58,764 nucleotides of DNA. It comes from a virus. Its lineage: Duplodnaviria; Caudoviricetes. The notes below the pieces were generated by a model, which ran no database searches, was not told the origin of the DNA, and saw only the letters and a list, made by a program, of their open reading frames with translations. The position numbers and the translations under genes were made by a program. Where the stretch lies: positions 1 to 58,764 of the IMG/VR virus record IMGVR_UViG_3300017754_002055, one strand, 5' to 3'. This document shows, piece by piece, positions 29,113 through 39,839 of this stretch. How positions within the stretch are numbered: the first letter of the stretch is position 1; every line of letters starts with the position of its first letter.

Positions 29113-30090
29113 TTATTGTTGCTGACTGAATGACGGCTGCTCATGTTGTTCTTGAGCTATACCAAACTGAGTAACTTGTATCTCTCTAATAGACATTCCG
29201 CAATACTGAAGAATCTTCATCACCAATTTGTACTCATCTTCAAGAGGCATCTCGAAGTCTTGATAGTCCGGCTGTGATTGGTCAAACGAAGGCTCTCCGT
29301 TTAGAAGGGTCACATACGTCCACTTTGGTGGCTTAGGGTATCTAAAATATACAGCCCTTACAGCTCCATATCCCGATAGAGATGCAGGGTATGTGCTTAT
29401 AACAGAGTCACTCATTACATACGCAGGGAACTGCAATGAAGGAGACGTAAGCATCGACATGTTGAGCATAGTTATTTTTCCATTGGAAACCTTCTCTGCT
29501 TCTGAATAAGAAGTCGATGAGTATACCGCATATCCTTCAGATACACTTTGGAATATATCTTCAGTAAGAGTTATCGTCTCCTCTGAAACCACTGAAGAGA
29601 CGAGAGCATTTTGATGAGTCGTTGTATTCAATACTATATCTCCAACAGCAACACCATTTGTAATGAAGTTTCCCGGAGACGGAACAGTTAGTACAAAAGG
29701 AGTTGTTATTGTGTCTTGAACTCCCGAAGATAGAAGGCTAGTATAGCAGACCATCTTATTAATCATGTAGAAATCATTACCGGTAGTCACTAAAGACGGA
29801 GTAAAGAATTGGTTTATAGCTGTTCCAATGCCATTAAACACGGGGTACAAAAAATCATTTACTATAAAAATCTCCAACGCTTCAATAAGAGGTTGAGATA
29901 TATCAGCATAATCTGTTCCCGATAGTCGCTGATTCTCCATGTTTACAGTCTTGTTATAACTACTGAAGTATTCTTCATAAAGCTCCATCTGAGCTTGCAT
30001 AGCATACAAGTTGAAATCGGATGGAGAAATATATCCGTAGTTGTTCTTGTTAAGGACAGACAGTACAGTGTTTCTTACCGAGTTTATCAT
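29113..30090 (-). CDS. Head-tail adaptor/ring structural protein
   Basis: LNK.NYGYISP.DFN..A..AQ and YFRYPK.PKW motifs; structural context. Confidence 0.55.
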   Translation of the reverse strand: MINSVRNTVLSVLNKNNYGYISPSDFNLYAMQAQMELYEEYFSSYNKTVNMENQRLSGTDYADISQPLIEALEIFIVNDFLYPVFNGIGTAINQFFTPSLVTTGNDFYMINKMVCYTSLLSSGVQDTITTPFVLTVPSPGNFITNGVAVGDIVLNTTTHQNALVSSVVSEETITLTEDIFQSVSEGYAVYSSTSYSEAEKVSNGKITMLNMSMLTSPSLQFPAYVMSDSVISTYPASLSGYGAVRAVYFRYPKPPKWTYVTLLNGEPSFDQSQPDYQDFEMPLEDEYKLVMKILQYCGMSIREIQVTQFGIAQEQHEQPSFSQQQ

Positions 30091-30103
30091 TGTTTCTTTT
30101 TTA

Positions 30104-30111
30104 CAAATGTA
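30104..30111 (-). promoter_or_regulatory. Bacteroidota-type -7 element TACATTTG
   Basis: CAAATGTA on the + strand, 13 nt upstream of ATG 30090. Confidence 0.55.
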
Positions 30112-30113
30112 AT

Positions 30114-30146
30114 AAAAAAAGAGGGGCCAAAAGGCCCCGTCTCTCC
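30114..30146 (-). terminator. Intrinsic terminator
   Basis: Minus strand GGGGCC-TTTT-GGCCCC-TC-T7 downstream of ORF 30175..30921. Confidence 0.8.
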
Positions 30147-30174
30147 ATCATAACACATGCAGAACAAATCAGAA

Positions 30175-30921
30175 TCAATCTTCTAATGCCATGTCTAACA
30201 TTCTTAAAGAATCAAGGCCTTCGTCACTTTGTAAGAACGAGCCTGCGATGTCTGCAGGTTCCTCTCCAAATGGAACTGAGCACATCTTCTTCTTGTTTGT
30301 AGATGTATTGTACCATATTTCTTTTCCGTTGCTTCTCAAAGACAATAAGCCTTTTTCGAAGAACGCTTGAATTTTCGCTTGGAACTTTAGCTCCGGGTCA
30401 TTGATTGCGTTCATGAATGTGCTTGGGTCATTCTTAGCGAATATCAACAAGTCACGCTTCATCTCTGCTGTAGAAATTGTTGACGGGTCTTTTCCAAATA
30501 GAACTCTAGTGAGCATCTCCATTTGGTCGATAGTCAACTTTCTAGCTTCAATCAATGCATCAACCTCAAGGTTAAGTCCTTCCACTTCTTGCGATGCGTC
30601 TTTCTCTTTGTCAACTTCTGAAAAGACAGAACCGTTGTGAGGATGATAATGCAAGAACTCCTGTAGTACAGGGTTTGTTTTAGGAACTCTTAAAAATCCA
30701 TCTTCAAAAACGATAGGCTCAAGAATGGAGTTACCATCTTGCTCGTCTTCAAATGGAGACTTTTGATTTACCGCATATCTCAATACACGGTTCTGATTCT
30801 TTGACTCATCGTACCACATTAATGGGAATCTAGGATGAGTTCGTGAAGCCAATGTAAATGACAATGGTGCTCCACTGTGTAATTTGTAGACCTTATCTAC
30901 AGGTGCTTTTGCTTTTGACAT
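30175..30921 (-). CDS. Hypothetical protein downstream of the capsid gene
   Basis: Long ORF with an AAATC-rich leader. Confidence 0.65.
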   Translation of the reverse strand: MSKAKAPVDKVYKLHSGAPLSFTLASRTHPRFPLMWYDESKNQNRVLRYAVNQKSPFEDEQDGNSILEPIVFEDGFLRVPKTNPVLQEFLHYHPHNGSVFSEVDKEKDASQEVEGLNLEVDALIEARKLTIDQMEMLTRVLFGKDPSTISTAEMKRDLLIFAKNDPSTFMNAINDPELKFQAKIQAFFEKGLLSLRSNGKEIWYNTSTNKKKMCSVPFGEEPADIAGSFLQSDEGLDSLRMLDMALED

Positions 30922-30950
30922 TTTGATTCAAATAGATTTGATTTAACAAT

Positions 30951-30986
30951 AAAAGAAAAAGAGGAGTGTCTTTGAAGACACCCCTC
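30951..30986 (-). terminator. Capsid-gene terminator built on the 16-bp palindrome (30966-30981)
   Basis: Minus strand GAGGG-GTGTCTTCAAAGACAC-TCCTC-TTTTTCTTTT directly after the capsid stop. Confidence 0.8.
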
Positions 30987-30999
30987 AATTTCAAGAATA

Positions 31000-32430
31000 C
31001 TATCCGTAGCGGAACAACACGAAGTTGTTTGCTCCTAAAGTACATACTGCACGCTCAGAAAGGAAGTGAACCTCCATTGCGTCAAGGTCGCTGTTGTTTG
31101 CACCTCCGGCAGAACCTGTAATCCAAGTTTTGTAGCGGCGGTCTTCAGCCTCACTAGCACGGTAACGTACGTGCAAGAATGGACGCTTCGCGTTTTTACC
31201 CATGATTTGGTCATACACTGAAGTAGAACCTGCAGGAACAAGCATACCTGTTACAGTACCTGTTGCTGTTGCAGCTACGGTGTTCAAACCGCCACGCATT
31301 GTTGGGTCGTTCAAGTATTTCCAATCAGACTTGTAGAAGTCATAACCACGACGGAAACCGCTGAACCCAAGGTTCAATGCCATTTCAACATCGTTGTCAA
31401 ATAGACCGTAAGAAGCTCCGTTTGCAGAACCTGTTCCGTTGTAACCATTCAATGTAGCCAACATGTTGTCGATGTCGAAGCTCAATCCACGGTTAGCAAA
31501 CACAACGTTCTCTTCAATTGCACCTTGCTTGTCCAAGCGAGAAACAATTGTATCCCAATCCGGAAGAGTAGTTGGCGTACCACCACCCCATACGTTACCA
31601 CGAAGATTTACAACGTAGAACACACCTTGAGAACCAACGAATCCTGCTGTAGCAGCACCCGAACCTGCGATTGCAGGAACAGCTTCAATCATTGCAGTCT
31701 CCAAGTAGTCTTCAAAACGAAGACGTGTCTCGTGCTCTGACTTCAAGTACCACAAGTAACCGGTTGCACCGTTCTCTGTAGTAACTTCAACCCAACCGAT
31801 TTGGGCCATGTCAGAACCGTTTACAGCATACTTGTCCTTGATGATGATTGGATTGTTAGAGAAGATGCTATCTTCAGCTTCCAAAGAACCAACCATTCCG
31901 TTTGTTCCCTTCTTGAACTCCGAACCATAAATGAATACAGTGAACTGAGGATTTCCTGCACCTGTACCCGCTACCGCAAGACCGGTTGATTCGTAAAACG
32001 CAACAGTGAATGTTGTAGCAGAAGGAACCGCTGTAACAATTGCCTTGTTGAAGACACCTGTAGAGTTGTCTTGAATCATTACTGTTTGGCCAATGCGGAT
32101 AGCAACGTAAGTAACACCCGAGTCATTCACTTGGAATGTAGCTGTGTTTGCGTTTATTGCTGCCGCCGAACCTACCTGCACATACTTGATGTGTAGACGG
32201 CCTTGTTCTGCCCATTTGATTTGGTCAGAGTTTGAAGGCATTTCTGCACCAACCATACGCAAGAAAGATGCGATGGTACGGTTACCATAACGCTCAAATT
32301 CCTTCTCATAAGTATCCGGAAGATACTGATTGAGGAAGTTGAAGTCAGTGATGTAGTTTGTTGACAACGCAACTTGCTCTGCGGCAGGTTGTAATGCGTA
32401 TGTCGGGTTACTCAAAAGAGCACTTGCCAT
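31000..32430 (-). CDS. Major capsid protein
   Basis: 476 aa, follows portal and scaffold, is followed by a terminator; IKWAEQ and YGSEFKKG motifs typical of Bacteroidota podophage capsids. Confidence 0.85.
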   Translation of the reverse strand: MASALLSNPTYALQPAAEQVALSTNYITDFNFLNQYLPDTYEKEFERYGNRTIASFLRMVGAEMPSNSDQIKWAEQGRLHIKYVQVGSAAAINANTATFQVNDSGVTYVAIRIGQTVMIQDNSTGVFNKAIVTAVPSATTFTVAFYESTGLAVAGTGAGNPQFTVFIYGSEFKKGTNGMVGSLEAEDSIFSNNPIIIKDKYAVNGSDMAQIGWVEVTTENGATGYLWYLKSEHETRLRFEDYLETAMIEAVPAIAGSGAATAGFVGSQGVFYVVNLRGNVWGGGTPTTLPDWDTIVSRLDKQGAIEENVVFANRGLSFDIDNMLATLNGYNGTGSANGASYGLFDNDVEMALNLGFSGFRRGYDFYKSDWKYLNDPTMRGGLNTVAATATGTVTGMLVPAGSTSVYDQIMGKNAKRPFLHVRYRASEAEDRRYKTWITGSAGGANNSDLDAMEVHFLSERAVCTLGANNFVLFRYG

Positions 32431-32447
32431 TTTTTTAAATTTTTAAG

Positions 32448-33563
32448 TTAAACTTTTTTTGCGCTGCGGATTTTCAAGCTTCTTCCCGAGTCGGGGTTTA
32501 TCTCTCTAATCTGCATGCCCTCGGTTGATTTTGCAACCTCCGGCGTTCTTCTCTCAGACATGTTTATGTTTTTAATGTTCTTGAGAGTCCCGTCTGTAGC
32601 GTCTGATAGTCCTTGCTCATAGAAGAACTTAGCAAACCTTTCGGGGTTCATAGCTACTGCTAATGACCTGTGGTATCCTGCCGCATCTTTCATCAAGCCT
32701 GTATTTTCATCCAAGAACTTATTGATAAAGTTCGCGGGTGTTGATTGGGCCTTCTTAAGTTCGGTAGCATCTCCCGGAGAAAAAACAACTTTCTTGTTAT
32801 TCACGTTGAACTCAAAACCTTTGAACTCACTCGAGAACACTTCGCTCGTTTTTTGGTCAAACCATTGACGCTTACGATTTGCTTCCTCTTCAGCGGTCTT
32901 AGCCTGCTTTATATACTGTCGGTACGACTCAAACTCTTCTTTTTCGTTTTCGGAAATACTTGCCGAACTTGACTCAAGTGGCATTTTGTATGTTTCCTTT
33001 TGCTCATTGAAGAATTTCTTCGCCTCGGCAATAGCTTTTTTTCTAGCAATCTTTACCTTCTTTACTGTCGACTCGTCATCTAAGTCTTCGTCGTATGTGT
33101 AATCCTCCATCAACGTCTCGATATCTTCTTTATCGAGTCCCGATTGAGTGGAGTGAAGGTATTCTTTTAGAAGTTGGTCTCCGTCCATTGAGTCGAAGTC
33201 TCTCTTCAACTTAATAAAGTCTTCAAACCCTCTTCCGGTATCCTTTTTATACTTCATGTAAGCAGCTACATCGTCCGGCATTTGTTCTGCCGACTGACGT
33301 TCAGCCATCAACTCATCAAATGAACTGATTTGCTTATTGTATCTTTTACCAATATATGAAAGAACGTCTTCTTCTTTTAGGTCGGGAACATTATTCTCAT
33401 CACCCGTCCCATCATTTGCTCCATCACCTACTCCGTTATCCGGTGCATCCGCTGCATTAGCTGCTGCCTGTTCTGCCTCGTGCTTAGCAAGCAAGTCAGC
33501 TTCTCTTTCAGCAACCCCTTTTACTTCGGAGCCTTCTACTAATCTCACCTTTATATTTTCCAT
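32448..33563 (-). CDS. Probable capsid scaffolding protein
   Basis: Acidic, helical ORF between portal and capsid. Confidence 0.65.
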   Translation of the reverse strand: MENIKVRLVEGSEVKGVAEREADLLAKHEAEQAAANAADAPDNGVGDGANDGTGDENNVPDLKEEDVLSYIGKRYNKQISSFDELMAERQSAEQMPDDVAAYMKYKKDTGRGFEDFIKLKRDFDSMDGDQLLKEYLHSTQSGLDKEDIETLMEDYTYDEDLDDESTVKKVKIARKKAIAEAKKFFNEQKETYKMPLESSSASISENEKEEFESYRQYIKQAKTAEEEANRKRQWFDQKTSEVFSSEFKGFEFNVNNKKVVFSPGDATELKKAQSTPANFINKFLDENTGLMKDAAGYHRSLAVAMNPERFAKFFYEQGLSDATDGTLKNIKNINMSERRTPEVAKSTEGMQIREINPDSGRSLKIRSAKKV

Positions 33564-33585
33564 TTGATTTAAATTTGATTTGTTG

Positions 33586-33593
33586 CAAATTTA
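33586..33593 (-). promoter_or_regulatory. Bacteroidota-type -7 element TAAATTTG for scaffold/capsid
   Basis: CAAATTTA on the + strand, followed on the minus strand by an AAATC-rich leader. Confidence 0.55.
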
Positions 33594-33611
33594 TACAAAA
33601 ATTCTTATACT

Positions 33612-36047
33612 CTATCGAGGTGAGAACTCAGCCAAATCGAAGCCATCTAAACTGTCCTCATTAGACTCAAAATTTACAGCAGGAAGATTGTTCTTTCTTT
33701 GCTCTATTAGTTTTGATTGCTGAGTATTTTGTATGCTTATCCTTTTGTCTTTTGCAGTTTCTTTCACATTCTCCCTTTCTCCTAATACTTGGGAGTTCAT
33801 TTTAGAAAGCTCTTGATTGTAGGCAAACTCTTCAGCCATTAGCTTAGATTTCAAGATAGCTTCTTGTTTCATCTTTTCAATTTCAAATGCCACCTCTGCT
33901 TGTTTAATTTGCATCTTAGCTTGCGACTCCATCTGTATCTTCTGCATAGCAACTTGACCTGCCATCTCTTGAGACTTAAGCTGCTGTTCAGAAACAATAG
34001 CTTGCTTCTGCATAGCCATCTTCTCTTCTCGTTGCTCCTTCTTAGTTCTCTTAAGTTTAAGCAATTGATTCGCAAGTTTAATGTTTCTAATCTCGCGTAT
34101 GTCAATAGCGTCCTCCAAGTTGATGTCTCCTCTTGAAAGAGCCATCTGTATGTTCCCTTCAAGCTGAGCCTTTTGCTCTTCGTCGGGAGATATTTCTACG
34201 AATATTCCGAAGTCATATAGATACAAATCAGAAATATCTGAAAGTATAGATACATTAAACCTGCCGATTTGATTTATAAACTCATCTGTAAAGTCAGCGT
34301 ATTGAAGAATATCCGCAACCCTATATGTAAGGGCTTCTGCCAAAGAGCGATATATGTATAGCCCTGCATCCAAGATGTGTCTTGTTGCTGTATTGGAATT
34401 TAAGGCAGCAAGTTTTTGTAAACCAACCAACGAATTAGGGTCCGGATTAGAGCCGTCACGAGCCTCATTAAGTCCGGTAACAGTTCTAATCATATCCATG
34501 TAGTGGTTATAATTAGCAAGCAACATTTGAGTTTTTGATGCGCCCGAATTAGAAGTGAGCTGAGTTACAGGAACGCGAGCATTATTAAATTCTCCATCCT
34601 GCGTGTAACTTCTTCCTATTACGCTACCTGTTTGAAAGTATAGCCTCAATGCATCCTCGGGATTGTATGCGTTACCTGTCCCCAAGTCAACCTCATTCAG
34701 ACCATCAGCGTCAATAAACACTCCATCGGGGACCACCCTAGCAATAACTTGCTGAAGCTTTAAGTGCGTAATCTGAATAAGGTCTGCAAATGGAATCATT
34801 CTTCTAACCAAAGACTCAATAACACCCTTGTACATTCTTGGAGCGCAAGCAACATACATTGGAAGGGCATGCTGTGTAGCTGATTTTGGTCGAACCATAT
34901 TCTCAGCTAGTTGCCACTTTAAAAGAATGTTTGTTCCCATGACCATAATACCCTCGTACCACACGTCAATGGTTTTTTCAACCCTCTCAAAATTTCCCTC
35001 ATCCATCATTTCTGTGGGAGGATTAAAGTCTTCGTCTTTCTCAATATATCTTACCGAACCATTGTCTAGTTTTTTCTTTTTATATACAATCTTTTTAGTA
35101 GTCTTGTAATTGAAATACATCAATGTGCATGTGTCTCTAAAGAACACACTGTTCTCGTAGAACCTAGCCACATTGTAATAGTCATACCAACCTTGGCTAT
35201 ACTGTGATATTTTTTGAAGGTCTTCTTTGGTTAAGCTTTGGTCTATCTTGTAAAGCTCTGTAAGAGGAAGTGTTTTAATCTCTCCCCAATAGAAGCAATC
35301 TTTGAAGTAAGGGTCCTCTGTATAGCTATAGACAATATTAGCAGGGTCCACGTAAGAAATTTTAACTCCGGCTCCGGGTAAAAATTCATGCTTGGCAACC
35401 TGTATTCCTAAAACAGTTTCATCGTAGTCTAATCTCTTACGCAAGTCCTCATAATGATTAGCATCAAACAATGTATTGATAGCCTCTTCTTCAGCTATCT
35501 CAATAGCGGGCTTATAATTCAATTGCATGTATAGAGACATCTCATCGTCTGTCTCCGGCAATTCATCGGGGTCCATCATGAATGGATTAGCCCCTGTTTT
35601 TTTCTGAATTATTGAGAGGACATCTTTTCCTGCCATTTGAGTTTCAATCATCTCTTGATACTTGTTTCGATTTGATTGAGACATGGCGTCTTGAGCGTAT
35701 GCCTTCACCTTGAATAGGCGATTAGACATTCCATTCACAACAATATCAACAAACTTAGGGATGACCGGAACGGGAGTCCAATCAAGATTCAAATAAGAAA
35801 GGTCCCCATCAATAGCTAATTCATTTTTATATTTAGCTGTTGACTGCTCTCCGCGAGCATAAAGGCGAACACGGTGAAAGTCTCTCCACTGACTGTAGTA
35901 TCTACATGACGTGCCATCTTTTCTAAACCATTCGTACTGAATAGCTTGACCAACCTGTAGTCCGAATGCTTCTGTCGCTTTCTCCGCGTCTGTTGCAAAC
36001 TGACTTGGAAAGCTAGTAGCCGTGATGTCTATTACTATGTCTTTCAT
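33612..36047 (-). CDS. Portal protein
   Basis: 811 aa directly after terminase; PVIPKFVDIVVNG motif; long C-terminal coiled coil. Confidence 0.85.
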   Translation of the reverse strand: MKDIVIDITATSFPSQFATDAEKATEAFGLQVGQAIQYEWFRKDGTSCRYYSQWRDFHRVRLYARGEQSTAKYKNELAIDGDLSYLNLDWTPVPVIPKFVDIVVNGMSNRLFKVKAYAQDAMSQSNRNKYQEMIETQMAGKDVLSIIQKKTGANPFMMDPDELPETDDEMSLYMQLNYKPAIEIAEEEAINTLFDANHYEDLRKRLDYDETVLGIQVAKHEFLPGAGVKISYVDPANIVYSYTEDPYFKDCFYWGEIKTLPLTELYKIDQSLTKEDLQKISQYSQGWYDYYNVARFYENSVFFRDTCTLMYFNYKTTKKIVYKKKKLDNGSVRYIEKDEDFNPPTEMMDEGNFERVEKTIDVWYEGIMVMGTNILLKWQLAENMVRPKSATQHALPMYVACAPRMYKGVIESLVRRMIPFADLIQITHLKLQQVIARVVPDGVFIDADGLNEVDLGTGNAYNPEDALRLYFQTGSVIGRSYTQDGEFNNARVPVTQLTSNSGASKTQMLLANYNHYMDMIRTVTGLNEARDGSNPDPNSLVGLQKLAALNSNTATRHILDAGLYIYRSLAEALTYRVADILQYADFTDEFINQIGRFNVSILSDISDLYLYDFGIFVEISPDEEQKAQLEGNIQMALSRGDINLEDAIDIREIRNIKLANQLLKLKRTKKEQREEKMAMQKQAIVSEQQLKSQEMAGQVAMQKIQMESQAKMQIKQAEVAFEIEKMKQEAILKSKLMAEEFAYNQELSKMNSQVLGERENVKETAKDKRISIQNTQQSKLIEQRKNNLPAVNFESNEDSLDGFDLAEFSPR

Positions 36048-38293
36048 TTAATTAACTGACTTGTTATTCCGTCGTTCTTGTATCTTGCGAAGTTAATACT
36101 AATTTTCGATTCTTTTTTCTCGGGAACGTAAAGGTGCTTTTGATTCGCCATTATAACTAGGCCCGAACTAATAGATGCGTCAAACTTTGTTCTATCATTT
36201 ATATCAAACTTTGCCCAATCTTCAAGGGTTCTAGTGAATGGCATTGTTCCAACTTCGTCTGACTCTCTATATTTTCCCTCTAAGTCAAACCCTACGAACT
36301 TCTCAATATAAGATTCAATTGCAGAAGCATGCGCCTGCTTGACATCCTCTGAAGAGTTGGGTATTCCTCCTAGTTCCTTTTCTGTTTTGCTAAGTTTAGC
36401 ATACGGCTTATCGGGTCTGTTCATAGAGAATCCTCTGTACCCTCTGTTCTTAAAGTGGTACAGCAACCTTGGCTTATTGTTCTCCGCAAGAATCGGCATT
36501 CCATAAAACACACACGCCATCAGTACATCTTCAAAAAATATCTCAGCCGTCTGTGGTCTAGCAATGTACTCAAGGAAGAACTCATTTACCGGAGCTTCAT
36601 CCATGTGAAACTTCGTCATTCCATGAAGCGAGCCGTTAGACCCCCTGCCATCAACTACGGCTGAAATATCATAAGAGTCACAACCAAACGAGCCAAGGTG
36701 CTCATTGCCCGGGAATTTAATCCCATTTCTTATATGCACATTGTTTTGCATGTGTTTCTTCGGGGTCCAACTAACCAAGAATCTTCCCCTTTTATCGGGG
36801 GAGAATATAACCTCAGTATCTTTTATCCCGTCTTTCCACATAAAAGAACCTCGTGTAATGTGATGCTCCTTGATGAGAGTGTCATTATAATCAATCTGCT
36901 GATAAATCTTAGTTAGGTTAAACAGGGCTTGTTTACTCTCATCTCTAAACGCATGTGACTCTGTTCTTGGGAACTGCCTATAAAACTCATTAAGTGCATC
37001 AGCATCATTCTTTAAAGAATCAACTTCTGCCTCCCAATAATCTATTGCACCTTTTGTTATCCACGCTCCGTCCACTCCCTTAACGGGTTCTGCAGGAGTT
37101 CGAAACACAGGCATACCATACAAATCAATAAACCCCTCGAGGTTCCACTCCATTGGTATGAACAACTTGTATAGTCCACTCTTTGTTTGTCCGTTAGCAT
37201 TTCTTGAAGATGTTTTAGAATCCTCATAAATGTCTTTGAAGTTTTGTCCTCCCTTGGCCAATGCATTTGATGTGGACCCCATCATACATTTCCCTATAAT
37301 CTTACTTCCTAATCTCAAACATGTCTTTGTAATCCTCCAATTCTCTTTAATGTTGTTGGGCTTTACCCACTTTCCACTCTCATCATGTACTAAGAGCCTA
37401 AGTTTTTCTCCATCATAAGAGTTGTCCTCTGTATTTCTCCAATCTATTGTGGTGTCCAATCCACTAATAACATTGGTATCAGACATATACATGTTCTTCT
37501 TGGTAATCTTTGAGGCAGGAACACGGAAGGCAAGCTCAGTTTTTGGTTTATCCATACCATCCATTACCGGTTTGAAAAAAAATGGAAGGCGAGTATTTAT
37601 TGGAACCACCTTATCAGTGAACATCTTCTTAGCGTCTCCCCCTGTTTTGGATAGAATGCCTAAACGTGCATCTCTAGCAAGCGTTCCTGTATTGACGCAT
37701 TCAGAAGACGCCATGAACGAGAATCCCGAGCGACGTATCTTAAGGTAGTCCATACCAAAACACCTATTGTCAGCTTTACATGCCTCCCAAAAAAGATATA
37801 AGATTCGATTAGCCTCTCTAAAATCCGGGTATCCAACATCTATACTAGCCCACTGAAGATAGAACCAATGAGACCCGGTGATATAAGTTTTAACCCCATT
37901 GTTCATGAACCAAGCACCCTGTTCCCTGTAGTCAAACTGCTGCTCTATATAGTCTATCCATTTGTTTTTAAACTGAGGTGGCATTTCATTCCACTGAAAT
38001 ATGGATTGAATTTTTGATAGAGGATAAGGAAGCTCTTGTCTTTCCCAATATTGCTCGGATTTAGATGAGTGTCTTTGAAGACACTGCTCGGGCGCTTCCG
38101 GAAGAGCAATAACAATTCCTTCGATACTAATTATTTCTCCAATCTTTCCTGTCTTGGAGATAACAACCATATCGTATTCTTCATTGTATCCGTATATCCA
38201 AGACCTATTGCCGTTCTTTTTTGCAAGTGGGGTCTTTGGAATATAGTCATGAAGAACTCTATATAATATTTTATCTTGAGTTTCTTTCTGCAA
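36044..38293 (-). CDS. terL: Terminase large subunit
   Basis: KIRRSGFS (Walker A variant), LLVHDESGK (Walker B), GST, and RNase H-like GCDSYD...AENN...FDASIS. Confidence 0.9.
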   Translation of the reverse strand: MQKETQDKILYRVLHDYIPKTPLAKKNGNRSWIYGYNEEYDMVVISKTGKIGEIISIEGIVIALPEAPEQCLQRHSSKSEQYWERQELPYPLSKIQSIFQWNEMPPQFKNKWIDYIEQQFDYREQGAWFMNNGVKTYITGSHWFYLQWASIDVGYPDFREANRILYLFWEACKADNRCFGMDYLKIRRSGFSFMASSECVNTGTLARDARLGILSKTGGDAKKMFTDKVVPINTRLPFFFKPVMDGMDKPKTELAFRVPASKITKKNMYMSDTNVISGLDTTIDWRNTEDNSYDGEKLRLLVHDESGKWVKPNNIKENWRITKTCLRLGSKIIGKCMMGSTSNALAKGGQNFKDIYEDSKTSSRNANGQTKSGLYKLFIPMEWNLEGFIDLYGMPVFRTPAEPVKGVDGAWITKGAIDYWEAEVDSLKNDADALNEFYRQFPRTESHAFRDESKQALFNLTKIYQQIDYNDTLIKEHHITRGSFMWKDGIKDTEVIFSPDKRGRFLVSWTPKKHMQNNVHIRNGIKFPGNEHLGSFGCDSYDISAVVDGRGSNGSLHGMTKFHMDEAPVNEFFLEYIARPQTAEIFFEDVLMACVFYGMPILAENNKPRLLYHFKNRGYRGFSMNRPDKPYAKLSKTEKELGGIPNSSEDVKQAHASAIESYIEKFVGFDLEGKYRESDEVGTMPFTRTLEDWAKFDINDRTKFDASISSGLVIMANQKHLYVPEKKESKISINFARYKNDGITSQLIK
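38069..38084. repeat. 16-bp palindrome GTGTCTTTGAAGACAC inside terL
   Basis: Direct read; encodes CLQRH. Confidence 0.95.
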
Positions 38294-38579
38294 AACCTTG
38301 CTTTGTATCTGTTTTACTTGGGCCTTTATCTATCAGCTCCAAGGTTTCTCTTTCTGATTCGATTCTGTTTAGTATTTCAAAAGCATCGAATATAGCTATC
38401 TTTTTTGCAGAGGCTGCATTCTTTAATCGGTCAGCCGCCAACTCTACCTGCTCTCCATCTTCTCCTGCATGCCTTTGAATAACCTTCTCTTCAGCAACTT
38501 CAATCAAGTGCTCAACAGCCTTATACCCCGCTGTAATTATACGGAGCTTCATCTTCCTTATATCGTTTGAAGTGCTCAT
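38271..38579 (-). CDS. Probable terminase small subunit
   Basis: Small helical ORF overlapping the terL start. Confidence 0.5.
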   Translation of the reverse strand: MSTSNDIRKMKLRIITAGYKAVEHLIEVAEEKVIQRHAGEDGEQVELAADRLKNAASAKKIAIFDAFEILNRIESERETLELIDKGPSKTDTKQGFAERNSR

Positions 38580-39049
38580 TTGTCTTTACTTAAAAAAATA
38601 ACTTGCACTAACCTAGAGTCTTCACCATCTCCAAAGTTTTCAAAAATATTTCTTGAATGAGGACACTCAGATGGAAACGCTACCATTCTATTGAACTTAG
38701 AATAGACACGGCATATTGGGTTTTCGTCCTCATCATAAATAGTTGTTCCATCTTCATCGGGATGCTCTTTGCTTAGATACAATACAGCAGTTATATCCCC
38801 CATCATATCATCCTTGTGGATATAGTTTGGTTCCGGTTGCCCAAGTGGAGACTGTCTTACAAAGTTCCAATTTACTTTATGGTTTGGAAATACATCAAGA
38901 ACGAACTTCAAGAACTCATCCTCTCCTCTTGGCTGCATGCCATGGAATGTTTTCTCACTGTCATGAAAATCTTGGAACCCATACAAAAGAATATCTTCCA
39001 CATACTCTTTAGGATTAGCCAATACATTGTCAAATAAAATTACATTCAT
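38576..39049 (-). CDS. 2OG-Fe(II) oxygenase-like protein
   Basis: HxD (HKD), VLYL, GT, NRMVAF, distal H (PHSR) and RLVQV motifs. Confidence 0.75.
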   Translation of the reverse strand: MNVILFDNVLANPKEYVEDILLYGFQDFHDSEKTFHGMQPRGEDEFLKFVLDVFPNHKVNWNFVRQSPLGQPEPNYIHKDDMMGDITAVLYLSKEHPDEDGTTIYDEDENPICRVYSKFNRMVAFPSECPHSRNIFENFGDGEDSRLVQVIFLSKDK

Positions 39050-39609
39050 AATTTGATTGCGATTTGATGGTCAAACATTCTGTACATTTTCTTTCCATCA
39101 ATAGTAAACTCATATTCACTATCGGGTGAGAAACAAATAGGAGTCCCCTCGACAACTCCTCTATCCATAAGGTATTGATTGGGGTATCTCATAATTCCCA
39201 TGAGCGGCTCTTCAGTAAATGGCTTCTTGATGTAAGATTCTGTTGCAGACATAGGCTCTACAAAACAATATCTATCATAAGCGTTCCATCCGCTATCGTT
39301 TTTGTACATAAAGAATTGGTCGTCTTCAATTAAGAATACGTCCTCACGGAAAAAGCTCTTACCGCTTCTCCGTCTTCCTTTCATGTCATTATAGAATTTG
39401 AACGCATTGTGATGTACAACAAGCGTATCTCCGGGTTTGATTGGACCGGCATAACCTAAAGGGGTTTCAATGACAACTGCATATCTGTTTGAGAACTTGT
39501 GGTCCTCTTCAGATGTGCTGACTATAAACTCTATTCCTGCTATGTCTTTTGTGTTGTCGTATCTTTTTCCCTTTAATGGTGTTACAATAAAGTAAAATGG
39601 TGATTTCAT
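39046..39609 (-). CDS. GroES-like tandem-domain protein
   Basis: AVVIETP..IKPGDTLVVHH in the first half and a second GroES-like half ending YRMFDHQI. Confidence 0.5.
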   Translation of the reverse strand: MKSPFYFIVTPLKGKRYDNTKDIAGIEFIVSTSEEDHKFSNRYAVVIETPLGYAGPIKPGDTLVVHHNAFKFYNDMKGRRRSGKSFFREDVFLIEDDQFFMYKNDSGWNAYDRYCFVEPMSATESYIKKPFTEEPLMGIMRYPNQYLMDRGVVEGTPICFSPDSEYEFTIDGKKMYRMFDHQIAIKL

Positions 39610-39839
39610 TAGAAATCTATATTAAATTCAATTGAGATTGGAATCGTTTGATTGAACTCTTTCCAAAGTACCACCTCTTGTTTTGTGTTGATGATGTATA
39701 CTTGAATAGAGTTTGTATCGTTATTTTTAAGGATACGGTATATTTCGTTTGACTCTGATAAAACTTTTTGGCCAACGAGATAATGCATAGCGCCCCCTTT
39801 ATAGTCGGGGCCAACCGATATTTTACGAATATCCGTCAT
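39609..39839 (-). CDS. Hypothetical protein
   Basis: IRKISVGPDYK..AMHY.VGQ; operon packing. Confidence 0.6.
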   Translation of the reverse strand: MTDIRKISVGPDYKGGAMHYLVGQKVLSESNEIYRILKNNDTNSIQVYIINTKQEVVLWKEFNQTIPISIEFNIDF